Origin: Okamejei kenojei
Taxonomy: Eukaryota
Direction: 5' to 3'
NCBI GenBank assembly: GCA_035221665.1
Contig: CM069157.1
Location: forward strand, 20,770,001 to 20,834,000
DNA length: 64,000 nt
The notes under the pieces were generated by a model. The model made no database searches. It saw only the letters and a list, made by a program, of their open reading frames with translations, and was not told the origin of the DNA. Every line of letters begins with the position of its first letter. The first letter of the stretch is position 1. Positions 1 to 12,551 of the stretch are shown in pieces. The position numbers were made by a program, and so were the translations under genes.

Positions 1-335
1 ACATCTTGGGTTTGGGTCAGCACCATTCTTCAGACTGATTGCAGGGGGGAGCGGGAAATAAAACAGGGAGAGAAGAGTGGGCCTGACAATTCACAGCCGG
101 CAGCAGATTACCTCAGGCGAGGGGATACCTGATAGACAGATTGTTGGAAAATGGCTAGAGATAGAAACAGGTGTGAGCCCTAAAGGGATCTATAGTTGTG
201 AACTGTAAAGCTTGTTGAAACATTCCTGGTGGAAGTGATGGAAAGGACCCAGTGCGAGGCCAGCCGGGGTTCTGGGGAAGGGGGTGGGGAGGGGAAATAA
301 GTGGGGGAAAAAGATAGATAATGCTCGAGCAGCAA
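1..335 (-). mobile_element. Degraded Penelope-like 3' region
   Basis: ttcttcagactg hammerhead-side end followed by purine-rich 3' UTR-like sequence. Confidence 0.5.
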
Positions 336-1351
336 TGATCTAATTCAGCCCAGTCTCTCTCACCGTGTAGCTGATGTACCACAAAGGTAATGCCAGGGAG
401 AAGCTAAACTAAAATAAACAAACCTGCATTTTATGCCATCTTTCACATTCTGAGGATTGCATTAGTAATGCATATTCAAATTTTATTCCAGAAATTGATG
501 TTCCCCAGGCAAACATCACGATTACAGAAAATATTGGAATTGCAAGTGTCTGAGAAACCTCCACTGTTTGATGAATGTTTCCAGCATTCTCTGCTTTTAC
601 TTTGAGCATTCTAGCATCTGCCATTTTTTTTTTTTGATTTTCAACTGCAGTGATCAGTTGTCCACTTGGTCTAAATGGCAGCTACAGTTGAAAGTGACAT
701 CTAAATTAAAGAAAAAATGACTTAAATGCTAACGTAAAAAGATTGTATGTGCCCATTTAAGAACAATAAAGGATCGCTGTTTGATTTGTGTGCCCATTTT
801 GAAGAATCCTAAATCTGGGTGGGTTTTCTACCTAAAACTTAGACCAAGGAGACTGGACGTGAAAACCTCCAGGTCAATCTGACAGTTATGAACCCTGACA
901 TTAGGAAAGTGGAATTGTTCCATACTTTTACAACAAAACTGTTCTCTTCCTGAATTCAACCTGTGCTTCTGAACTGCTAAGAACCTGTGCAAGATAATTT
1001 AATTAGTGTCACTCAAGCTATTTCTTCAAGTAAAATATAAGTTCATTTCCAGATATTTCTACACCCAAGAGCTTCACATGCATGCACTGATCAAGCTGAT
1101 AATGAAAAGCTCCATTTGTCAATTAACAGGATTGATTATATTCATTGCAAAATAACTTCAGCCATTAGCCAAGATTGCCCTATTTGAATGCTGATGTATA
1201 GCAATATTAAATAAATTAAACACCTTTCAATTGCCTTTGTACAAATCAATAGGCATTCACAAGCTTCTAATCATGAACTGAAGGTTAGGCATGGTGCACA
1301 GTGGCGCGGCGGGAGAGTTGCTGCCTTACAGCGCCAGGGGCAGCTAGGGGA

Positions 1352-2625
1352 TTACATAGAACATAGAATAGTACAGCACAAGTACAGGCCCTTTGGCCCA
1401 CAATGTCTGTGCAGAACATGATGCCAAGATAATCTCTTAGCTACCTGCACAAAATCCATAACCCTCCATTCCCTGCTTATGCACATACGTACCCAAAACT
1501 CTTTTAAATAGCACTATCACATCTGGCTCATCCACAAACACCAACAGAGCATTGCTGGTACTCACCACCCTCTGTGTAAAAGATGTGCCTTGCACATCTC
1601 CGTTAAACTCCCCCCCCCCCCCCCCCTCACCTTACTGCTATACGCTCTAGTATTTGGGTTTTCCATCCTGGAAAAAAGGTTCTGATTGTCCACTTTATCT
1701 ATTCCCTCTCATAATTTAATATACTTTTATCAGGTCTCCTCGCAACCTCCGATGTTCACAAGAAAACAATCCAAATCGTCCAACATCTCCCTGTAGCTAA
1801 CACCCTCTAATCTAGGCATAATTCTGGTAAACCTCCTCTGAAACTTTACCAAATAATCGATTTCCTTCCCATAATGGGGTGACCAGAACTGCATGCAATA
1901 CACCAAATGCGGCCTAACCAAAGTTCGATAAAGTTGCATCATAACTTCCTGACTCTTAAGGGCCTGTCCCACCAGCATGCGACTGACTGCATGCGACGAG
2001 CGCAACCAAATGTGGTCGCTTGAGTCGTACGGTCTCGCATGGCCGGTCCCACTTCGATCGCCGGAGCCGTATGGAGTTGTGCAGAGCTGGTCCCGACATC
2101 GCGCGGGGCTCCGAAAAACTGACACTGTTCAAAATCCTGCGCGGCAATGGCCTGTCGCCCCGCAGCCGCATTGAGGACGTGCACAATGTCTCGACGTCGT
2201 ACGCAGCATCACGACGCCATATGCAGCGTCTTGACAGCATACGCCTAGCGCGTGGCGCTGCGCGATGATGTCACCGCTCGGCATGCCGTTGCGTGATGAC
2301 GTCACCGCCCGACCCCGTGCGACGTCCAAATTGACTCGGCCCACCTCCTGCCCAGCTGATTGGTGAGTATGATGTTGGGACCAATCCCGCACAACTCCAT
2401 ACGCCTCCGCGGTTGGAAGTGGGACCGGCCCCGCAAGGCCGTACGCCTCAAACCACCACGTTTGATCGCGCTCGCCGCATGCAGTTGCATGCTGGTGGGA
2501 CAGGCCCTTTACACTTAATGCCCCAATCTACGAAGGCAAGCATACCATATGCCTTCTTTATCACTCTATCCACTTGTGTTGCCACTTTGGGTTGGAAGGT
2601 AAATTAGAACCAAAGATTTTCTGCG
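1352..2625 (-). mobile_element. CR1/HER1-like LINE 3' fragment (interrupted by MITE)
   Basis: LYRTLVRPHLVYCMQFWSPH..QRRFTR motif and (catagaa)n tail. Confidence 0.9.
1959..2508. mobile_element. PIF/Harbinger-type MITE (550 bp, long imperfect TIRs) inserted in a CR1
   Basis: AGGGCCTGTCCCAC...GTGGGACAGGCCCT termini; TTA TSD at 1956-58 and 2509-11; ~140-bp inverted arms; CpG-rich. Confidence 0.88.
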
Positions 2626-3091
2626 CATCTGTGAAAGAGAAGCAGGATTAACATTTCAGGTTGAGGACCCTTCTGATTCGTGTTTTCCATGATTACTTTT
2701 GTCCAGGCAACAGCAAAGACTTTGTTTCTGAAGTAAAATCATTACTGTGGAGAACTGTACAGGACAATACCGAAGATGTGAAAGGTGCCATAAAGTGAAA
2801 ATAAATAAAGTGGGACAGGGGGAGGTTCAGACGCGAGGTTTAGAAAATTCAAGGGAATGCACAACGTTAAAGTGTAGTGAAGTGATAAGTAGAATATGCA
2901 CCAAGCCCTTGTGTGTAAATTTCACCCATATAATCCAGGGGGAGGACTCAGCTGGCATTGATAACAGAGAAGTGCTTGATTAATAATGCGCAGAGGAGAA
3001 ATGAAGTATATGAAAAGAAAATATATGGTCATACACAATAGAGTCCAGCAGCCAGTGTCACTGGCATCATTCCTGGGTGTATTGATGATGC

Positions 3092-3815
3092 CATGCATCA
3101 GAACTGAATACAGTTGTAGAGCTGCAGCACAAACAACCCTGAGATGTTGTTCTGACCGGCACAAATCATAATCTATCATCTTCCCATGGTCAAATTTTAA
3201 TTCGATACTGGCCAGACAGATGATCAATATGGATGTGCTATTTGTTTAACCCTGCTGGAGATTTTCTGCTTAAAAATTCAAAGCGTGATCACAACCATAT
3301 TAAACAAAAATGCTTCCACAAGTATTAGACATAGAGCTAAGAAAACCCTAATAAAAATTAAATTTAAAATGATATCTCTTAGTGGATCCTGTATAACTAT
3401 TCTAATTCTCAGAGTCTGTGAGGAATAAATTTTGATATAATCCACAATTTGTGTGCCTTTTGCTATCGTTAAATTCGACAACCTTAAACATTTAATCGGT
3501 TTCTCCATTTTATGTAATAAAATGTTGCATCAATTATTCAGCAAATAAAAACCATTACATTCATGTCAAGTACAATCAATGGATTGTCACCGTAAAATAG
3601 TGTCACTGCCGATTGTGAAGGACTTCCTGGTGCCGAGAATGCAATTTAAGAGCGAAACAATATCTCTGGGTGCTGACAACTGAGGCCTTCACCTCTGGGA
3701 GATGCGAACAAGCTTGACCATTGGAAGATGACGGATCATGATCGGTACAGGTCAAGAAAACAGATTAAAGATGTGCGCGCTTCAGCTCTACAGCTATATG
3801 CAGGTCTGACACATG
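3092..3815. repeat. Ungapped 102-nt imperfect inverted repeat (3092-3193 / 3714-3815)
   Basis: Manual alignment: 75/102 Watson-Crick matches, no indels, 520-nt spacer. Confidence 0.85.
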
Positions 3816-4660
3816 CTGACATTCTGTAAATCCTCCCAGCCACTTTTCCTCCATTGGTATCAGATTGTTTAAATGGAAACAGAGAAGAACACAGTTGTAC
3901 AGTTATGATTAAAAGTTGAACCAATAATCTAAAATTACTTATAAGCTATTTTCTCCTCTCATAATAAACCATTTTTCCTCCCTACAATATAAAATATTCA
4001 CAGGCTCACGTGAAAATCAGGATGGAAAGAAGGGTCTTTGCTTCTGATTCTCATCATAGTCTCTCCCGTAAGGCTTGCCCCTTGGGCATCAGCAGTTCCA
4101 ACCTGGCTCATGCCGGCCAATACACCCAGATTATCTTATGAAACTTTGCAGTCAGCACGGAGCATCAAACAGCAGACAAATATTTTTGCCCTGAACTTCT
4201 GATTCAAACTGGATTACCAAGGCTACGCAACGGCAGTCAAATTATCCCCATTGGCTCACATAAAAAAGCCATCTACTTTATTGGATGAGTAATTTCCCAC
4301 AACCTAAGCGTATATAAAGCAGGACACATTCAGTGAGATGGAAGAATATGTGGGAGTTAAGACTCTAATATTGCAGCCTCAATTCACCAATGTGTTCTCC
4401 TATCCAGCTCTGTTCTGCTCCACAAGTGCTATCTTGCGGAGTTTGCCTCTATGAGCCTTGGACTCAGATGATCAGGGATCACCAGCCTCCAGGGATCCAA
4501 ACTACTGATCCCAGAGATATAAATTCAATCCACTATTGAAGATGGAAAATATCAATTCAAATAATTAAATCAACTTGGGGAAGCTATTCTCAGTGAGAAT
4601 AACATGAAACTACCAGATTATTGTAAAGGCTCACTAATGTCCTTCAGGGATGAAAATCCT

Positions 4661-4769
4661 CGGTGGTACACAAAAGGCTGGAGAAACTCAGCGGGTGCGG
4701 CAGCATCTAAGGAGCGAAGGAGATAAGCAACGTTTCGGGCCGAAACCCTTCTTCAGACTCTTGAAAATC
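4661..4769 (-). mobile_element. ~100-bp Penelope-derived hammerhead-bearing insertion with TSD, inside an older SINE (~4490-4905)
   Basis: Minus strand reads CTGAAGAAGGGTTTCGGCCCGAAACGTT. TSD atgaaaatcct at 4650-4660 and 4770-4780. Confidence 0.85.
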
Positions 4770-4921
4770 ATGAAAATCCTCCATGTTTACCCAGTCTAGT
4801 CTTGTATTTAACTCCAGATCATCATTGTGGGTGACTTTTAACCACCTCCTCATTTTAAGGGTAATTAGGGATCAGCAGGAAATGCCTGCATTGTCAGTGG
4901 TATTCCTTGAAATGTAGACGT

Positions 4922-5230
4922 GTTTAGTTTAGAGATACAGCACAGAAAAAGGCCCTTCGGCCCACCGAGTCTGCGCTGACCGGCGCTCCTCGCACATTAA
5001 CACTATCCTATACAAACTAGGGACAATTTACAACTATAGCAAGCCAATTCACCTACAAACCTGTACGTCTTTGGAGTGTGGGAGGAAACTGGAGATACCG
5101 GAGAAAACCCACGCAGGTCAGGAGGAGAACGTACAAACTCTGTACAGACAGCACCCGTAGTCAGGATCGATACCAGGTCCCTGGCACTGAAAGGCAGCAA
5201 CTCTACTGTCACGCCCCTGTGCCGCCGTGC
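4922..5230 (-). mobile_element. HE1-like V-SINE (tRNA head, V-domain, CR1-derived tail); further copies at ~8797, 9655, 11780, 13150, 13580-14450, 15095, 28780, 31565-31970, 50835 (-) and 1290, 23335, 49705, 57400, 58045 (+)
   Basis: A/B-box-like tRNA head, V-domain tctgtacagagtttgtacgttctcc..gtttcctcccac and (ctaaa)n tail. Confidence 0.88.
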
Positions 5231-5819
5231 TTTTAGAACAGTTAACAAAAATGCAACACTTTTCGGACCAATTGCAACAACTTGCAACTAAATAATACTT
5301 CGAATATCCCAGGCATTTTGCAGCCGTGTTAGAAACATAATGTGATTAAGTCCAGATTTAACTCCTTAAATAAGGAGTTATATCTGGGTTGAAAATAATT
5401 TTCTGAAGGAGCACAGAAGGAAAGATGGATTTAGGTTAAGCTTTGGACTTCAATAGCTGAAGACATGATCACCATCAGTGGAGCAATTACATCCAGCCCT
5501 GTGACTGAGGCTCGACTTAAAGGAGCACAGCTGCCTCTCAGGCCCATAGGCTTGGAAGAGGTGACAGAGATGGGGATGGATTAGACACAGGAGGGATTGC
5601 TAACTATAAACTAAACTAATCTAACCCACCCGTTCACAGGCGTGATGAGAGATCAGAACTTTGTGTCAGTGGAAGCAGCGTTTTGCATGACTAACAACAG
5701 CAGGAAGGCTTGCTAAGAGTATGCTGCAATAGTGATCTGCCCGAGTGTTAAAGTGAAACCTGCAGTTCATCAACAGCTGCTTTAGATTAAGAGTACATGC
5801 CATCTCACAAGGTCATAAA

Positions 5820-6173
5820 TGATCGGCCCATCAAGTCTACATGGGCATTCAATCATTGCTGATCTATCTCTCCCTCCTAACCCCATTCTCCTGCCTTCTC
5901 CCCATAACCCAACACCCATACTAATCAAGAAATTATCTACCTCTGCCTTAAAAATATCCTTTGACTTGGCCTCCTCAGCCTTCTGAAAATAATTCACCAT
6001 CCTCTGATTAAAGACATTCCTTCTCATCTCCTTCCTAAAGTAACGTCCTTTAATTCTGAGGCTATGACCTCTAGTCTTAGACTCTCCCACGAGTGGAAAC
6101 ATCCTCTCCACATCCACTCTATCCAAGCCTTTCACTATTCTGTAAGTTTCAATGTCGCCCCTCATCCTTCTAA
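5820..6173 (-). mobile_element. CR1 3' fragment
   Basis: RGDIETYRIVKGLDRVD..TRGHSLRI motif. Confidence 0.88.
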
Positions 6174-6217
6174 TCTTCCTGACCCCTCATTTCACTGGCA
6201 CCTAAACTCATCTCTGA

Positions 6218-6996
6218 GCTTCCCACTCCGAGACGCTAAACTCCTCCCTCCTGAGCCGAGGGTTCGCTGCCCATGGCTAGGCACCAGGTATCGCCACATG
6301 ACCCCGCCCAGAACCAGAGGCACTGAAACGGACGGGACGCCGAACGAGGCGGCCTGACCACGCAAACACGTCCACCCGAACAGAGTCCTTGACCCGCCCG
6401 GAAGAACATACAGGAACCCGTGACGACGGGCATCTGCGACAAGGAGGCTGGGCCACTCGAACGGAAGCACGGGACAGCGGTTCCCGGGACCCATCAGCAG
6501 CCAGGCCAAACACTCCCGGGACGGTGAGCAGAGCGCCATACACCAACTCTGCCGAGGATAATGCCAAATCCTCCTTGGGGGCAGTTCGAATCCCCAACAA
6601 CACCCATGGCAGCTCATCCATCCACTCTGGGCCCGTAAGGTGACCTTTCAGGGCGTCCATGTTGAGCTCGGCCTCGTAGGCCGCAGCGGCGGGTTGAGCG
6701 CTGTACATTTTTGCGTGAACTTTGTCCAAGATTCCACTCCTGGTCGTCGGGGTCACCAGTGTAGTGGGGCCTCCAGGAGTCCAGCCAAGAATGAGGTGAA
6801 AACGAGTTGTGTGAACGAAGTGGTGTTTGTTACTGCATGTGCTGCTTCCAACTTCAACAACGTGACCGGGCGTGACACAACCTTAAATAGCCCGGGTCGG
6901 ACCCCATGTCCCAATGCCTCCCACTCCAAGACGCTCAACTCCTCCCTCCTGAGCTGAGGGTTCGCTACCCGTGGCTCGCCACCAGGTACCGCCACA
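6218..6996 (-). mobile_element. Internally deleted Gypsy LTR retrotransposon
   Basis: 5' LTR TG...CA at 6996-6760; PBS TGGTGACCCCGACG at 6758-6745 (tRNA-Trp); integrase remnant WMDELPWVLLGIRTAPKEDL..SAELVYG; PPT ~6301-6312; partial 3' LTR from 6298. Confidence 0.88.
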
Positions 6997-7242
6997 GTGG
7001 ACTACTTGAAAGTTCATGCCACCAGATTGAAGAACACCTTGTTTCCCACTACAATTCAATAGTCCTCTCCTAACATAAGAATGCATTCCTGATCTCCAAA
7101 TTTATCTCGTTTCGCCACTTGCATTTTTTCTGTACAACTATATTTTACACTCTGTTTATTTGTCTTTTGCTCTGTCCTCATGTATGATATGATTTGCCTC
7201 ACTAGAACACGAAACAAAGTTTTTCTCCGAATCTCAGTACAA

Positions 7243-7951
7243 GTCAAGAGTGTTTTATTGTCATATGTACCGGACGGGACAATGAAATTCTAACTTGCTG
7301 CAGCACAACAGAATATGTGAATATGTAAACATTGTATTAACGGGAAAAAAAAAAAGTTCAATAAATAACAAATATAGTGCAAATAACAAATAATAATATA
7401 GTCTTTTACAGTTCAGAGCTCAGAGCTTATTCGTTGTGTTTAATATCCTGAAGGCTGTTGGGAAGAAGCTGTTCCTGAACCTGGACGTTACCGTTTTCAG
7501 GCTCCTGTACCTTCTTCCTGATGGCAATGGTGAGATGAGTGTGTGGCCAGGATGGTGTGGGTCCTTGATGATTTTGGCTGCCTTTTTGAGGCAGCGACTA
7601 GGATAGATCCCTTTGATGGTGGGAAGGTCAAAGCCGGTGATGGACTGGGCAGTGGTCACTACTTTTTTGTCATCTTTTTCGCTCCTGGACATTCATGTTG
7701 CCGAACCAGGCCACGATGCTCCCAGTCAGAATGCTCTCTACCGTGCACCTGTAGAATCCTCTTCGACATGCCAAATCTCCATAATCTTCCCAGGAAGTAG
7801 AGTCGCTGATGTGCCTTCTTTACAATTGCATCGGTGTGCTGGGTCCAGGAAAGATCTTCTGATATATGCACGCCCAGGAATCTGAAGTTATTGACCTTTT
7901 CCACCATTGTCCCATTGATATAAACAGGATTGTGAGTCCTCATCCTACCCA
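7243..7951 (-). mobile_element. Rex1/Babar-type LINE 3' fragment
   Basis: VEKVNNFRFLGVHISEDLSW..KKAHQRLYFL and HHPGH..LPSGRRYRSL..RFRNSFFP; nested in another LINE tail. Confidence 0.85.
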
Positions 7952-9364
7952 TACACGTGAAAACAATAAACTAACACCAGATTTGAACGAGAGGGAAATC
8001 AGCAGACATGGAGGTCTGGAAGCAAAATTGGATGGGCAGCAGTTTGGAGGAGCGGAGATCTAGTGGCCAGAGGTGGATCTCAAGGAGATAAAGTCAGGGG
8101 GAGTGTAAGGAAAAGTCGGAAAGAAGTCCTCTTACAAGACACAGCGCCAAATTGCAGGACCATCTTAAGTTCCAGAGCAAAGTCATTTCATTAACATGAA
8201 ATTATATTTTCTTAATCATCTAGATAAACAGTGTAATGAGATGTCGCAAGCTGTTCAAATTATCTCCTCTATTGTTTTAATGGAAAACCAGAACCTGTAA
8301 ACATTGAATCAGCTTATTACACCAGTCTTTAAAAAGAAACAAGCTTTTCTATTACACAAGGACTTTCGAAACAAAAATAATTGAACTTGAAGAAATGCTT
8401 TAACTCTGCACCTGTTGTGGTAGAAGGTCTGGCCTCTTCGAATTGTTACCATGATAACACTCTTATATTATGCATATGAGGGTCATCGGGCCCAGGAATA
8501 AACCAGTAATTTAAACATGGATAACCCATTTCTGTTGGAGTCATAAGAAGATAAGAAACAGGAAGAGTAGGTCATTTGCAACAGTCCCCCTCTCACTCCC
8601 ATGTGCCTGATCTGACATTCAGTAAGATCATGGCTGAACTGTTAACTCAGCACCATTTAACTGCACTAATCTAAAAAACAGTTATCCATCTGGAACATCT
8701 GGATAACAAGGACATCTACATCGGACTCCTATTTATTGGTTATAGCACCAGCATGATTCCAACCAAACTCAACTCCAACTCTTTGAACTTAAACTCTTTA
8801 GACTTTAGAGATGTAGCGTGGAAACAGGCCTTTTGGCCCACCGAGTCTGCACCAACCAGCAATATCCTCGCACGCTAGCACTATTCTACACATTAGGGAC
8901 AATTTACCATTAACAGAAGCAATTAACCTGCAAACCTGTACGTCTTTTGAATATGGGAGGAAACCAGAGCACCCAGAAAAAACCCACACGGCCATAGAGG
9001 GAAGTTACAAACTATGTACAGACAGGACCAGTAGTCAGGATCAAAGTCTCTGGTGCTGTAAAACTCTACGGCTGTGCCACTGTGCCGCCTCTGATTAAAC
9101 TGTGACTGAGCCTTTCGAGCCCTCTCGGATTGAGAATTCTGAAGATTTATCAGCTATTGGCTGAAGAAATGTTTTCCCATCTCCGCCCTGATGCCTGATC
9201 CCTTATTTTGAGACTGTGACTCCTGGTTCTAGACACCCCTAGGCTCTGAATGCTTCATTTATCTTAACAGGACAGTTCCCCACACCCAAGGAACCATTCT
9301 GGGGAACCTTCACTCCTCTGTCACAAATTTACCATTCTTTGGGCAGAGAGTTGACCAGAATACT

Positions 9365-10455
9365 GCCTAGATTTAGAGGATATTAGCTATAAGAAGAGGC
9401 TGGGCTAAAGTGGATTGTTTTCTCTGCAGCATCAGAAGCTGAGCAGAGACCTGATGGATGTATACATATATCCTATCCATGCCTCTCATCATTCTTATAT
9501 ACTCTTATCAGGTCACCCCCACTACCTCTGGCGTTCCAGAGAAATCAATCCAAGTCTGTCCAACATATCCTGTAGCTAATATCCTCTAATACTGTCATTA
9601 TTCCTCTGCACCCTTTCCAAAGCCTTCCTGCACTGGGCTGATCAGACGAGCTCATAGTTTAGAGATACATCGCAGAAACAGGCCCTTCGGCCCAGAGTCC
9701 GCGCCAACCAGATATCCCTGCACATTTACACTAACCTACACACACAAGGGTTAATTTGCACTTATACCAAGCCAATTCACCTACAAATCTGTACGTCTTT
9801 GGGGTGCGGGAGGAAATCGAAGATCTCGGCGAAAACCCACGCAGGTCACGGGGAGAATGGACAAAATCTATACAGACGGCACCCGTAGTTGCGATCAAAC
9901 CCGGGTCTCCGGCAGTGCAAGCGCTTTAAGGCAGCAACTCAACCGCTGCGCCACCGAACCGCCCACTTGTGTCCCCACTTTCATGGAACTGTGGGTTTGG
10001 ACCTCAAGATCCCACTTCACATCAATGCAGCTAAGGATCTTGCTATTCACTATATATTTTCCCCAAACATTCAACCTCCCTAAGTGCAACACCTCCCACT
10101 CAAATGAAACTACATCTGCCATTTCTCCTCTCATTTCTGTAGCTGATCTACATTCTGCTGTATACTTTAGCAGCCTTCCTCACTGTCCACAACTCCACCA
10201 ATTTTAGTGTTGACTGCAAACTTACCGACCAATTACATTTACCAAGTCATCATCAACAACAGGGATCCCAGCACAGATCCTTATGGAACTCCACTGGTCT
10301 CTAGCGTCCAGCCAGAATAACACCCTTCCAACATAACCCATTCTCTGCTATAAGTAAGCCAGTACTGCATCCACGCAACCAAGTCACCTTGGATCCCAAT
10401 AGTCTTAATCCTTTGGATGAGCCTACCATGAGGGACTTCATCAAATGTGTTATCC
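9365..10455. mobile_element. Degraded CR1 fragments interrupted by a V-SINE (9655-9963)
   Basis: FDEVPHGRLI..GIQG..W..WL..SGVP RT motif on the minus strand. Confidence 0.8.
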
Positions 10456-10669
10456 AGTTGTGATTGGGAAGAATAGAAGAGTGATGGACTGGGACCCAAT
10501 GGAACCAAACTTAATTCCAGCAGGATCCAAAGCAGGACACCATGAAGCATTGTTGCAGGAAGGCAGACGTCTTAAAAACACCTACTTTGACACAATCAGT
10601 AGACCAGGCATACCTTACTGAAAATCATGGAAGTGGGGACTACTTGAAGCCAATAGCAAATGTTCAGGA

Positions 10670-10885
10670 TTGTGTGTGAGAGNNNNNNNNNNNNNNNNNN
10701 NNNNNNNNNNNNNNNNNNNNNNNNNNNNNNNNNNNNNNNNNNNNNNNNNNNNNNNNNNNNNNNNNNNNNNNNNNNNNNNNNNNNNNNNNNNNNNNNNNNN
10801 NNNNNNNNNNNNNNNNAGAAAGTGTGTGAGAAAGTGTGTGAGAGTGTGTGTGAGTGTGCGTGAGAGCGTGTGTGAGAGAGTTTGT
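10670..10885. repeat. (GT/GA)n microsatellite spanning a 134-N assembly gap (10683-10816)
   Basis: Directly visible in the sequence. Confidence 0.97.
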
Positions 10886-11484
10886 GCACTCGTATGTGTA
10901 TCGGGTATGGAAGTCCCAGAAAGAAATTCTCTAAATTTAAATTCCACATTCCAGAGTTCCTCTGGATAAGATTTAAATCACAAGGCACCTACAAACGTTC
11001 CATTTCACACCACACTACAACTTTGAGGAGAAGGCCTTAAAACAGCCAGCACACCCTGCTCTAAAAGTTCACCCTGCTCTGCATTACCTGCCAGAGAGGT
11101 ATCATTACATCTGCTGGATTGTGAACTATTCTTGTGTACTTTCCACAGATAATGATGCTCCTTTTTGAAAAGAATATGGTACATGCAATTAACAACAAGG
11201 GTTACTGGGAAATGATTGTTGTTACGTCTGAGCTGAGTTTTATTTTAAACTCACCACTAAGCTTTAATTGTATAGTATTTGGATGTGTAAGACAAACAAA
11301 ATAGCTCAAGTCATTGCATTGTGACAGTGCGCATTAATTTTCAACACCAGGATGCCTTCATGCAGGTTTATTCTCCTTTCTCTTGGGTACTGCTGTTTAA
11401 TGGAGCTCTGCAGCTTGGAGTCGTTCCAACCAGCACCCAGCGCAGCAACATTGCAGACACCACCAACCCCAGTGGGCTACTCAC

Positions 11485-11514
11485 TGCGGTGTCTAGTTGG
11501 TAGATGTTAACATC
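11485..11514 (-). other. Candidate 30-nt micro-exon (DVNIYQLDTA)
   Basis: tctcccctctctgcag acceptor, GTGAGT donor, frame-preserving length, only phase 0 open. Protein not recognised. Confidence 0.35.
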
Positions 11515-12119
11515 CTGCAGAGAGGGGAGATCTTGTATAAAGCGATCTCCATGGAGAAGAAAAGATTAGAGCCATAAATATGCAGGAACTTTTCCAACAA
11601 TCATTTTCGCTTTAATTAATAAGGAGCAGGTACTTTGCACTGAAGTTAATTCTCCCACGTTTTATTTTTCAACCTACAGCCTATTAGGCTATTAAACGCA
11701 ACAACCTCCATTAAGCGCAGAACTACATAGACTATTATTGTTATTACGTTTTAGGTCTAGACCCTTCTTCAGACTGATGTTTAGAAATACAGCGTGGAAA
11801 CAGGCCCTTTGGCACACTGGGTCCGTGCTAACCAGCAATCCCCGCACATTAACACTATCCTACACCCACTAGGGACAATGTTTACATTTACCAAGCCCAT
11901 TAACCTACAAACCTGTACGTCTTTGGAGTGCGGGAGGAAACCGAAGATCTCGAAGAAAACCTACACAGGTCTCCGGAAAACCATACAAACTCCATACCGA
12001 CAGCACCCATAGTCAGGATCGAACCCAGGTCTCCGGCGCTGCGCAACTCTATCGCTGTGCCACTGTGACCACCTGTTTGTGAGAGAGTATGTGTATATAT
12101 ATATATATATATATGTGTG

Positions 12120-12352
12120 TGAAAAGAGTAACGATGATAAAGGAAACAGGCCATTGTTACCTGTTTGTTAGGTGAAAATGAGAAGCTAGTGTGACTTGGG
12201 TGGGGGAGGGATAGAGAAAGAGGGAATGCTATCTGAAGTTAGAGAAATCAATATTCATACCACTGGGCTGTAAGCTGCCCAAGCGAAATATGAGATGCTG
12301 TTCCTCCAATTTGCGTTTAGCCTCACTGATAATGGAGGAGACCTAGGACAGA
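12120..12352 (-). mobile_element. Older Penelope fragment (GIY-YIG C-terminus + 3' UTR)
   Basis: Reverse strand encodes ..KRKLEEQHLIFRLGSLQPSGMNIDF; homologous to 26770-27050. Confidence 0.85.
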
Positions 12353-12485
12353 ATATCTAAGACAGGATATCTTTCCTGCAATTATGATTGCAGGAAGGTA
12401 TTCTGAAATTGGAAACCACTTCAGGTTGATTTGTGAATGTTGTTATTATGTGAGAAAAATGAATTGGAATGTTTAGGTATGGCCC

Positions 12486-12551
12486 TTTAAAATGGCTACG
12501 AACTGGATTTAAAATGGCTACGGACTGGATTTAAAATGGCTACAGACTGGA
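12486..12551. repeat. 22-bp minisatellite, 3 copies
   Basis: tttaaaatggctacRRactgga repeated three times. Confidence 0.95.

Noticed and set aside
4250-4345. Two inverted CCAAT boxes, TATATAAAG and a downstream ATG
   Set aside because: Motif-only evidence; the following ORF is short and unrecognisable.
12486-12551. Regular repeats as a possible CRISPR array
   Set aside because: Head-to-tail 22-mers without spacers, in a eukaryotic context.
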